DNA of 32,798 bases, taken from the NCBI GenBank assembly GCA_039770535.1, contig JBDMYC010000072.1, positions 1-32,798 on the forward strand, written 5' to 3'. This DNA is from Flavobacteriales bacterium. GTDB lineage: Bacteria; Bacteroidota; Bacteroidia; Flavobacteriales_D; CAJJDF01. Positions within the stretch are counted from its first letter, which is position 1. The number at the start of each line of letters is the position of its first letter. A model generated the notes under the pieces. The model was not told the DNA's origin. It was given only the letters and a program-made list of their open reading frames with translations, and did no database searches. The translations under genes and the position numbers were made by a program. Below, in pieces: positions 9,132 to 16,622 of this stretch.

Positions 9132-9989
9132 TTACCCAAACAAGGCATTAAATTTAAAAGTTTCATCCAGTCTCACGCCTCTGTCAGTATTCTTTAGGGT
9201 GCAACATTCATGGTGAAAATCGTGTTCCAAAAATAACACATAATTTTCGGCTACGGCCGTATTCAAAAACTTTTCTTTTTCTGTCAAAGTTACCAAAGGT
9301 CTTGTGTCATATCCCATCACATAAGGCAAAGGAATATGGCCAACAGAAGGCAAAAGATCTGCCGTGAAAACAATTTTTTTACCTTTATAGTTAATGAGCG
9401 GTAACATTTGACTTTCCGTATGTCCATCCATGTATAAGAGGTCAATATTTGGAAAAGCGTTTTTTGTTATGTCTCCATCTCTAGTGAAAAATTTCAGCTG
9501 TCCACTTTCTTGAATTGGTAAGATGTTTTCTGACAAGAAAGAAGCTTTTTCTCTAGCATTTGGTTTTGTTGCCCAGTTCCAGTGTTTTTCGTTACTCCAG
9601 TATGTTGCATTTGGGAAGAAAGTCTCATAGCGTTCCTTGGTTCCGTTCATTTTTATTGCTCCTCCGCAGTGGTCAAAGTGCAAATGAGTAAGCACAACAT
9701 CTGTAATTTCATCCAATCCAAAACCAAGAGCTTCGATAGATCTTTGTAGCGAATCATCTCCAAATAAATAGAAATAATTAAAAAACTTCTCACTTTGTTT
9801 ATCGCCTATTCCTGTATCAATTAATATTAATCTATCTCCATCTTCTATAAGCATGCACCTCATTGACCAACTGCACATGTTATTTGCATCTGGTTCATTA
9901 AAACGGGACCAAATAGATTTTGGTACAACTCCAAACATTGCTCCTCCGTCTAGTTTAAAATTTCCAGTATTAATAGGGTAAATTTTCAT
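9132..9989 (-). CDS. MBL-fold metallo-hydrolase, 285 aa
   Basis: Canonical metallo-beta-lactamase motif HxHxDH (VLTHLHFDHCGGA). Downstream metal-ligand positions are present (MDGHTES, TADLL, LEHDFHHE). Confidence 0.85.
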   Translation of the reverse strand: MKIYPINTGNFKLDGGAMFGVVPKSIWSRFNEPDANNMCSWSMRCMLIEDGDRLILIDTGIGDKQSEKFFNYFYLFGDDSLQRSIEALGFGLDEITDVVLTHLHFDHCGGAIKMNGTKERYETFFPNATYWSNEKHWNWATKPNAREKASFLSENILPIQESGQLKFFTRDGDITKNAFPNIDLLYMDGHTESQMLPLINYKGKKIVFTADLLPSVGHIPLPYVMGYDTRPLVTLTEKEKFLNTAVAENYVLFLEHDFHHECCTLKNTDRGVRLDETFKFNALFG

Positions 9990-10094
9990 TTTTGAACTTT
10001 TTTTAGTTTAATTTTAAAGGTAAGATTTATCTGTAATTAAACCTAACTTAATTCGTTCTTCAAACAAGTCAGAAGAAATCAAAAAAGAGAAACA

Positions 10095-10652
10095 ATGAAA
10101 TTAATTTACTTCACATTATTGCTACCATTAGTCTTTAGTTGTTCACAAAGTATTTCGCAAGTAAATCCGGAATCAGAGCAAGAGCCAGCAGAAAAAATGT
10201 CAGTTATACCAGATGAAATAGAGTTGCACAAAGCTATTTTTCAAGATTCGATAAAAGATTACAGCAACTTGTCGGAACAGGAATGGAAAAAAATATTGAC
10301 AGCAGCAGAGTTCAATATTTTGAGAGAAAAAGGAACCGAAAGAGCTTTTACAGGAAAATACAACACCAATAAAAAGTCTGGAATGTATCATTGTAAAGGT
10401 TGTAATACCGCTTTGTTTGATTCTGACACAAAATTTGATTCAGGAACGGGTTGGCCTTCTTTTTATGAAATAGTGGGAGAAAATGTGGAGAATGTAGCTG
10501 ACAATTCATATGGAATGCAAAGAGTGGAAGTGGTTTGTGCTACTTGCAAGGGGCATTTGGGTCACGTTTTCGAAGATGGTCCAAAACCAACTGGATTAAG
10601 GTATTGCATTAATTCATTGTCACTAACGTTTGAAGCTACTAAAAAAAAATAA
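10095..10652 (+). CDS. msrB: Peptide-methionine (R)-S-oxide reductase MsrB with N-terminal export signal (probable lipoprotein)
   Basis: SelR/MsrB core: two Zn-type CxxC pairs ([23 protein letters not shown]), GWPSF, and catalytic RYCINS. The N-terminus [16 protein letters not shown] looks like a signal or lipobox sequence. Confidence 0.9.
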   Translation: MKLIYFTLLLPLVFSCSQSISQVNPESEQEPAEKMSVIPDEIELHKAIFQDSIKDYSNLSEQEWKKILTAAEFNILREKGTERAFTGKYNTNKKSGMYHCKGCNTALFDSDTKFDSGTGWPSFYEIVGENVENVADNSYGMQRVEVVCATCKGHLGHVFEDGPKPTGLRYCINSLSLTFEATKKK

Positions 10653-10660
10653 GTATCCCT

Positions 10661-11293
10661 TTGAGTTCATCACACAACCTAATTCAAAATATAAAAGCAG
10701 CTCTCGCGCAAGGCTTACCAGGAATGGATGCTCATTTGGAAATGACTCCCTATAGAAAACTGACTAAAACTATTCCTGAGAATAGGAGAGAAAGTGCAGT
10801 GCTCGTCATGTTGTATTGGAAAAATAACGAATTGTATTTTCCGCTCATTCAAAGACAGACATACAAAGGAGTTCATAGCGGACAGGTTAGTTTTCCGGGT
10901 GGAAAAGTGGAAGAAAGTGATGCTACTACACAACAAACTGCTTTGAGAGAAACAGAGGAGGAAATTGGAATAGCAACTCGAAAAATTGAAGTAATTGGTG
11001 AATTGACAGAAGTGTACATTCCCCCAAGTAATTTTTTGGTCTCTGTTTATTTATCAGTGCATGAATCCGAACCAGAATTTGTGAAAGAAGAAAAGGAAGT
11101 ACATGAAATTTTGGAGATTCCATTGAGCCAAGTTTTAGATGAATCCAATATTAAAACCACAGCAGTAGAAGTGGGTAATGGCATGAGGTTGGAAACGCCT
11201 TATTTTAATCTGGAAAATAAAATAGTCTGGGGTGCAACTGCAGCTATTCTATCTGAATTGAAAGCAATTATCAAGGGCTTGTCAAAGGTTTAA
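10661..11293 (+). CDS. Nudix hydrolase, CoA pyrophosphatase type
   Basis: Nudix box GGKVEESDATTQQTALRETEEEIG, preceded by the CoA-pyrophosphatase-type motif (LIQRQTYKGVHSGQVSFPGG). The start is uncertain: the track uses TTG 10661, and the first ATG is at 10724. Confidence 0.8.
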   Translation: MSSSHNLIQNIKAALAQGLPGMDAHLEMTPYRKLTKTIPENRRESAVLVMLYWKNNELYFPLIQRQTYKGVHSGQVSFPGGKVEESDATTQQTALRETEEEIGIATRKIEVIGELTEVYIPPSNFLVSVYLSVHESEPEFVKEEKEVHEILEIPLSQVLDESNIKTTAVEVGNGMRLETPYFNLENKIVWGATAAILSELKAIIKGLSKV

Positions 11294-11452
11294 TTTTGAT
11301 AGAATTACGAAGAAAGGAAAAAGTGTAATTTTCTTGAAAATTCAGTCTAAAAAAACAAGCATTTTGCTGTACTTTTTTTTATATTCGCAAAGCAAAATAA
11401 AAAAGCCATTTTTCGTTTTGCAAAAATTGATTTAGAAACCTTAAAAACAACT

Positions 11453-12739
11453 ATGAGCAAAACAGCAAAATTAATTCTGGATGGTGAAACTTACGAGTTT
11501 CCAGTTACTACAGGAACCGAAAATGAAAATGGAATTGATATCTCTAAACTGAGAGGACAGACGGGATATGTAACTCTTGATCCAGGATACAAAAATACTG
11601 GAGCTACCGAGAGTGCTATTACATTCCTTGATGGAGAAAAAGGAATATTGAGCTACAGAGGATACTCAATCGAAGAATTGGCAGAGAAATCTACTTTTTT
11701 GGAGGTTGCCTATTTATTGATTGAAGGAGAATTGCCAAATAAAGCTCAATTAGAAGAGTTTTCTGGAAATATCAGAAAGCATACTTTGGTAGCAGAAGAT
11801 ATGAGGAAATTTTACCAAGCTTTCCCTCATCATGCACATCCAATGGGAGTTTTGGGGTCTCTTATTAATTCACTGTCTTCATTTTATCCAGAATCTCAGG
11901 ATCCAAACAGAAGCGAAGATGCAGTAGATTTAACAATCCACAGGTTGATTGCTAAAATACCAACATTGGCTGCTTGGTCGCACAAAAACGCACAAAGGCA
12001 TCCAGTTGTTTACCCGAAAAATGAATTGAACTACAGTGAGAATTTCTTGCAAATGATGTTCTCTGTGCCAGCAGAAGACTACAAAATTGATCCGGTTGTT
12101 GCAAAAGCTTTGGATTTACTGTTCATCTTACATGCAGATCACGAGCAAAACTGTTCAGCATCTACTGTAAGAATAGTAGGTTCTTCTCACGCAAACTTAT
12201 ACACATCAATATCTGCAGGTATTTCTGCACTTTGGGGGCCACTTCATGGTGGGGCAAACCAAGCTGTTATCGAAATGTTGGAAGACATTAAAAATGACGG
12301 AGGTGATGTTTCTAAATATTTAGACAAAGCAAAAGATAAGAACGATCCTTTCAGATTGATGGGGTTCGGACACAGAGTTTACAAAAACTTTGATCCAAGA
12401 GCTAGAATCATCAAGAAAGCATGTGATGATGTATTAGACGCTTTGGGAATTGATGATCCAGTATTAGATATTGCCAAAAAACTTGAAGCAGCAGCACTAG
12501 AAGATCCATACTTCGTAGATAGAAAATTATATCCTAACGTAGATTTCTACTCAGGAATTATTTACAGAGCAATAGGAATCCCAACAGAAATGTTTACAGT
12601 GATGTTTGCAATTGGAAGATTGCCAGGATGGATTGCTCAGTGGAAAGAAATGATTGAAACAAAGCAACCAATTGGAAGACCAAGACAAATTTACACAGGA
12701 GAGAACGCTCGTCCATACGTAAGCATGGAAAACAGATAA
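11453..12739 (+). CDS. gltA: Citrate synthase
   Basis: Full-length match to citrate synthase hallmarks (LHADHEQNCSASTVRIVGSS, GPLHGGANQAV, GFGHRVYKNFDPRA, PNVDFYSG). Confidence 0.95.
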   Translation: MSKTAKLILDGETYEFPVTTGTENENGIDISKLRGQTGYVTLDPGYKNTGATESAITFLDGEKGILSYRGYSIEELAEKSTFLEVAYLLIEGELPNKAQLEEFSGNIRKHTLVAEDMRKFYQAFPHHAHPMGVLGSLINSLSSFYPESQDPNRSEDAVDLTIHRLIAKIPTLAAWSHKNAQRHPVVYPKNELNYSENFLQMMFSVPAEDYKIDPVVAKALDLLFILHADHEQNCSASTVRIVGSSHANLYTSISAGISALWGPLHGGANQAVIEMLEDIKNDGGDVSKYLDKAKDKNDPFRLMGFGHRVYKNFDPRARIIKKACDDVLDALGIDDPVLDIAKKLEAAALEDPYFVDRKLYPNVDFYSGIIYRAIGIPTEMFTVMFAIGRLPGWIAQWKEMIETKQPIGRPRQIYTGENARPYVSMENR

Positions 12740-12743
12740 GAAA

Positions 12744-13130
12744 ATGAAGTCAATTTTTGTTTTTATAGCAGCTCTTTCTTTTGTGGCGGCATCTTGTAAT
12801 TCTGGGAAAGTTGAGCAAACCATCCAGCAAGATGGAACAGTAACCTCTCAACTAACATTTGAGGACACTGTTAAGTTTCATACGCAGAAATACTGTGATT
12901 GTTCTGGACCTTTGAATGATTTCGTAGCCAATACAAATGAAGCGACTATGGATTCTGTTGATTTTGCAGACTATAAACGACTTCAAGAAGAATTTCTTGA
13001 TTGTTTTGATCCTCAAGGAGCAATTAGAGCGTTTGGGCAATCTTTAGATCCCGCAAAAAGAACAAAACAAAAAGAATTGTTTAACACCTACAGGCAAGAA
13101 CTATGCCCTAACGTGGTGCCAAAAAGCTAA
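12744..13130 (+). CDS. Hypothetical lipoprotein, 128 aa
   Basis: Signal plus lipobox MKSIFVFIAALSFVAASC. Starts 4 nt after the gltA stop, so it is probably co-transcribed. Confidence 0.6.
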   Translation: MKSIFVFIAALSFVAASCNSGKVEQTIQQDGTVTSQLTFEDTVKFHTQKYCDCSGPLNDFVANTNEATMDSVDFADYKRLQEEFLDCFDPQGAIRAFGQSLDPAKRTKQKELFNTYRQELCPNVVPKS

Positions 13131-13151
13131 CATAAATTTTCAAAAGCACAA

Positions 13152-13182
13152 AAGCCCTCTAGACTTCTAGAGGGCTTTTTTT
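13152..13182. terminator. Bidirectional rho-independent terminator between convergent genes
   Basis: Perfect palindrome AAGCCCTCTAGA (13152-13163) / TCTAGAGGGCTT (13166-13177). It is flanked by an A-run upstream and a T-run downstream. It sits between the 12744..13130 (+) and 13239..14687 (-) genes. Confidence 0.8.
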
Positions 13183-13238
13183 ATGAGTTAATTTATTGGA
13201 AGTTTCCTGTTTCAAGGCAGAGATTTGCGCAGTTCTAA

Positions 13239-14687
13239 TTATTTACCTCCGATATTAAAAGTGTTTTTCTTGGTGTGTTTTTTCTTTATTTCGAAGAAAG
13301 TCTTGTCAATAGAAACATAGTTTCCGTCAGGTGAAGGTTTAGCAGCAGGAGAGGAGATGATTTTTCCTTCTCGATCTAGCAACACATAATGCGGAATGTT
13401 GTAGACTTGGTATTGATCTAATAAGTTTGAATTCCCCCAAAAATGCAGCATAGTCCAATCGTGCTTAGGATGAGAAGCAATAAAATTATCAAATTTTGAT
13501 TTTTTACTATCAATATTGATACTCACAAAAGAGATAAGATCTCCATAGTCCGCTTTCATTTTTCTAAATAAATCCATTTCTGCTAGGCTATTCTTATTCC
13601 AAACAGCCCAAAAATTTATATAAACATACTTTCCCTTAAATGATTCAAGGGTTATTGGTTTCTTGTTTTTATCCATAAGCTGAAAAGGAAAAGCTTTGGT
13701 TCCCTTCTGATTACGCATAATTCTGTCGATAATATTTTGTGACATGTTGTGTATATCCGGATTTTCGGAAGCTAATCCGCCAGTGGTAATCAGATCGATA
13801 ATCACATTAGGATTATAATGCAAGTCGTCATAGTAAATAGTGTATAAGTTTTCGATAATAACTAATTCTCTGACGGTTCTCATCTTGAAAAAATAATCAG
13901 TACTCAATGCTTTTGAAATAGACAAATAGCTTGGTTTGTTTGTCAGGGCTTGGTTAATAGCCTGACCGATTTTTCCTTGTTGATTTTTCAAGGATTTTTC
14001 ATAAAAATTGAGCAAGAATCGCATTTGAGTAGGATGATTCAAATCTACAGCTTGATTAATTATGTATGTGTTATAAATAGATAGTTTGTTTACCTTTTGA
14101 TAAGCTGCAGGAGAAAGTAACTCTAAATTTCCTACTGAAAATTTAGCATATTTTGCAAAAAACTCGTTATTCACTCTGTCAAAAACTTTCTTTATTTTTA
14201 ATTTAAAACTATCAAGTTTTGAGTGGAAAATTGGCATCCCGAAGTTCCTTTTGTTGTCTAAAACAAACTGGTCGTAATATCTGTCAAACTCAAGAATAAG
14301 TCCATTAACGTCATTTTCAGGAATAGTTTTGAATACTATGTTTACGTTATTTCTTGTCAGTTTATAGGTTCCGTCTTCTGATTTTGGCGGAAAATAAATC
14401 GTGTATTCTTGGTTTGGGTCTAAGTAAATGATTCCAATCAAATATTCTACTTGAATTATTGCTTCTTGGGTTTTTTGAAGCTCTACATCAAATTTAAATT
14501 TCCCTTCTTTATCGATTGTCGCAGAAGAAATTATATCATATTCTTTAGTAACGTAATCTTTATATTGAATGAGATTCACAGTTTTTCCAGAGAAAGGTTT
14601 GAAAGTTTCTCCATTGATAACTGTATTTGCTTTAGAGGCAAAACTAATAGCAATCAATACAAGTGTTATGAGAATTTTATTTATCAT
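13239..14687 (-). CDS. TlpA/AhpC-TSA-like thioredoxin-fold protein with a long N-terminal extension; CxxC motif absent
   Basis: The C-terminal roughly 140 aa align by eye to TlpA-like oxidoreductases (FKGKYVYINFWAVWNKNSLAEM ... YNIPHYVLLDREGKII). The N-terminus MINKILITLVLIAISFASKA is a signal or anchor. The likely start is ATG 14685-14687, not the track's 14738, which would overlap coaD. Confidence 0.8.
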   Translation of the reverse strand: MINKILITLVLIAISFASKANTVINGETFKPFSGKTVNLIQYKDYVTKEYDIISSATIDKEGKFKFDVELQKTQEAIIQVEYLIGIIYLDPNQEYTIYFPPKSEDGTYKLTRNNVNIVFKTIPENDVNGLILEFDRYYDQFVLDNKRNFGMPIFHSKLDSFKLKIKKVFDRVNNEFFAKYAKFSVGNLELLSPAAYQKVNKLSIYNTYIINQAVDLNHPTQMRFLLNFYEKSLKNQQGKIGQAINQALTNKPSYLSISKALSTDYFFKMRTVRELVIIENLYTIYYDDLHYNPNVIIDLITTGGLASENPDIHNMSQNIIDRIMRNQKGTKAFPFQLMDKNKKPITLESFKGKYVYINFWAVWNKNSLAEMDLFRKMKADYGDLISFVSINIDSKKSKFDNFIASHPKHDWTMLHFWGNSNLLDQYQVYNIPHYVLLDREGKIISSPAAKPSPDGNYVSIDKTFFEIKKKHTKKNTFNIGGK

Positions 14688-14691
14688 GTAT

Positions 14692-15147
14692 CTAAAGTGA
14701 AATATTGTTGGGAAGGAACTGAGAAGCATCTCCATCATTAATCAGTATATCACGAACAATAGACGAACTTATTGCAGAAAGTTCAGCAGAAGTGATTAAG
14801 AGCACGGTTTCCAAATCTGGATGCATGTCTTTGTTTATTTGGCCAATAGCTCTTTCAAATTCAAAATCTGCAGAGGTTCTTAATCCTCTAAGCATAAATT
14901 TCGCACCTTTCTTTTTGCAATATTCTGTAGTCAACCCTTGGTAGGCTTCTACTTTTACTTTGGGTTCGTTTTCAAATGTTTTTTTTATAAAACTGATTCG
15001 TTCTTCAATAGAAAACATATACTTTTTGTTGGAGTTAGATCCAATCGCAATAATGATTTCGTCAAATAGTTCTAAACCTCTCAAAACGAGAGCTTCGTGA
15101 CCTTTTGTGATGGGATCGAAAGACCCTGGAAAAATAGCTTTTTTCAT
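14692..15147 (-). CDS. coaD: Phosphopantetheine adenylyltransferase
   Basis: MKKAIFPGSFDPITKGHEALV carries the nucleotidyltransferase (T/H)xGH motif. The 151-aa size and the conserved ISSSIVR segment match CoaD. Confidence 0.95.
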   Translation of the reverse strand: MKKAIFPGSFDPITKGHEALVLRGLELFDEIIIAIGSNSNKKYMFSIEERISFIKKTFENEPKVKVEAYQGLTTEYCKKKGAKFMLRGLRTSADFEFERAIGQINKDMHPDLETVLLITSAELSAISSSIVRDILINDGDASQFLPNNISL

Positions 15148-15276
15148 ACAAAAAATGTTTGTTGTTCAATGGTATGCAATAGTCAAGCCAAACTTACGAA
15201 AAAAAGCAGATATGGGCTGCAGTTGGTTAATTATAGTTAAATATGAGTCAAAAGTTTACATTTTTCTGGCTCAAAA

Positions 15277-15306
15277 TTGCAGGCTTATTATATTGTATTA
15301 AATTTG
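15277..15306 (+). promoter_or_regulatory. Bacteroidota sigma-A type promoter candidate (-33 TTG / -7 TAnnTTTG)
   Basis: TTG at 15277-15279, a 19-nt spacer, then TAAATTTG at 15299-15306. The motif ends 26 nt upstream of the ATG at 15333. Confidence 0.5.
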
Positions 15307-15332
15307 TTGCAACTATTAAAAAATAAAACAGA

Positions 15333-16064
15333 ATGAAGAATTTTTCGAGCGTGCTCAATGTTATCTTGTTAGTGGCTGTTGCCGTATTATTTTACTTGCA
15401 TTTTTCTAGTTCAAAAGCGAGCACAATTGTTTCAAAAGAAGCAAAGAAAGAGGTAGTTGAAAACATAGACGATTCCTTGACTCAGTTTATGAATTTAGAT
15501 TCTAACATTTCTGCTAAACCAATTAAGATTGCATACGTTAATAATGATTCATTGACTGTTCACTTGGATATGTTGAGAGATGTGGAAGCGAGAATTGAAG
15601 CAAAAGAAAAAATGTTGCAAGCAAAAATTCAAGGAAAACAAAAATCATTTGACAGACAGTACAAAAAGAAAGTGGAAGATTATAAGGCAGCTGAAACCAA
15701 ATTAATGTTGGCATTGCCTAAGCTTACAGATGCAGAAGCAGATCAAGAAAAAGCCAAATTAATGGGATTGCAGGAGAGTATCATGAAGTTGGAGCAAACA
15801 GCACAGCAAAGTTTGTATGAATTGAATGAAACTCAAAAAAGAGATTTTTTAGTAATGAAATCAAAAGAGATGTCTGGGTATTATGTAAAGCTTCAGAATT
15901 TCTGCCAATCTTTTGCCAAAACTTTAGGTTTCGATTATATCATGATTTACCAAGAAGGAGGTGCTTTTTTATATTCAAATCCTGATTATGACGTTTCAAA
16001 CTACGTGATTGACGCGATTAATAAAGAATATGCTCAGAACAACAAAACAACTTCTACAAAGTAA
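15333..16064 (+). CDS. OmpH/Skp-like periplasmic chaperone family protein with N-terminal membrane anchor
   Basis: N-terminal hydrophobic helix. KIAYVNNDSL is followed by a long Lys/Glu/Gln-rich coiled coil. The C-terminal segment FAKTLGFDYIMIYQEGGAFLYSNPDYDVSNYVIDAINKEY matches the OmpH pattern. Confidence 0.6.
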   Translation: MKNFSSVLNVILLVAVAVLFYLHFSSSKASTIVSKEAKKEVVENIDDSLTQFMNLDSNISAKPIKIAYVNNDSLTVHLDMLRDVEARIEAKEKMLQAKIQGKQKSFDRQYKKKVEDYKAAETKLMLALPKLTDAEADQEKAKLMGLQESIMKLEQTAQQSLYELNETQKRDFLVMKSKEMSGYYVKLQNFCQSFAKTLGFDYIMIYQEGGAFLYSNPDYDVSNYVIDAINKEYAQNNKTTSTK

Positions 16065-16067
16065 TAA

Positions 16068-16622
16068 ATGTTAATAGCTAATCAAAAAAAGAAAGAAAAC
16101 ATTGCTGAATATGTGTTGTACATGTTCCAGGTAGAGACTGTTGTAAGAAGTTTTAATCTTGATATCGAAGATGTTTTTGAGTTGTACATTTGCCAAATGA
16201 CCTCAATTCCAGAGGCAAGGGAAGATGTGAAAGCATGGTATATTGATATTATTGAAGAAATGAAGAAAAATGGACTTCAAGAAAAAGGGCACATTGCTAG
16301 AGTTCATGAAACTATGGATGAAATGAATTTTCTTCACAATACCTTATTGACCTCTCTGGAGGATACAGAATATCAGGAAGTTCAGACAGAAGTTGGTCCT
16401 TACATTCAGGAATTGAGAGATAAATCTGGGAGTCAAGGAATGAGTGATATAGAAATATGTCTTACCGGTTTGTATGGCAAGCTTACTTTGAAAATGCAGA
16501 AGAAAGAAATCTCGGAAGAAACCGCTATTGCTTTTGATGGATTCACAAAGCTTTTGATCGTATTGTCAGCTCGTTACAAGGATTTTAAATCTGGAAACCT
16601 TAAGTTTCAGTTAAATAATTAA
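16068..16622 (+). CDS. Hypothetical protein resembling the DUF4924 family
   Basis: The N-terminus (KKKENIAEYVLYMFQVETVVRSFNLDIE) resembles, from memory, the Bacteroidota DUF4924 family. Starts 3 nt after the upstream gene. Confidence 0.5.
   Translation: MLIANQKKKENIAEYVLYMFQVETVVRSFNLDIEDVFELYICQMTSIPEAREDVKAWYIDIIEEMKKNGLQEKGHIARVHETMDEMNFLHNTLLTSLEDTEYQEVQTEVGPYIQELRDKSGSQGMSDIEICLTGLYGKLTLKMQKKEISEETAIAFDGFTKLLIVLSARYKDFKSGNLKFQLNN

Noticed and set aside
14451-15301. + strand ORFs 14451-14741 and 15107-15301, and the upstream extension of the TlpA-like ORF to 14738.
   Set aside because: They overlap coaD or the TlpA-like gene on the opposite strand or in another frame. The TlpA-like signal peptide begins at ATG 14687, just downstream of the coaD stop.
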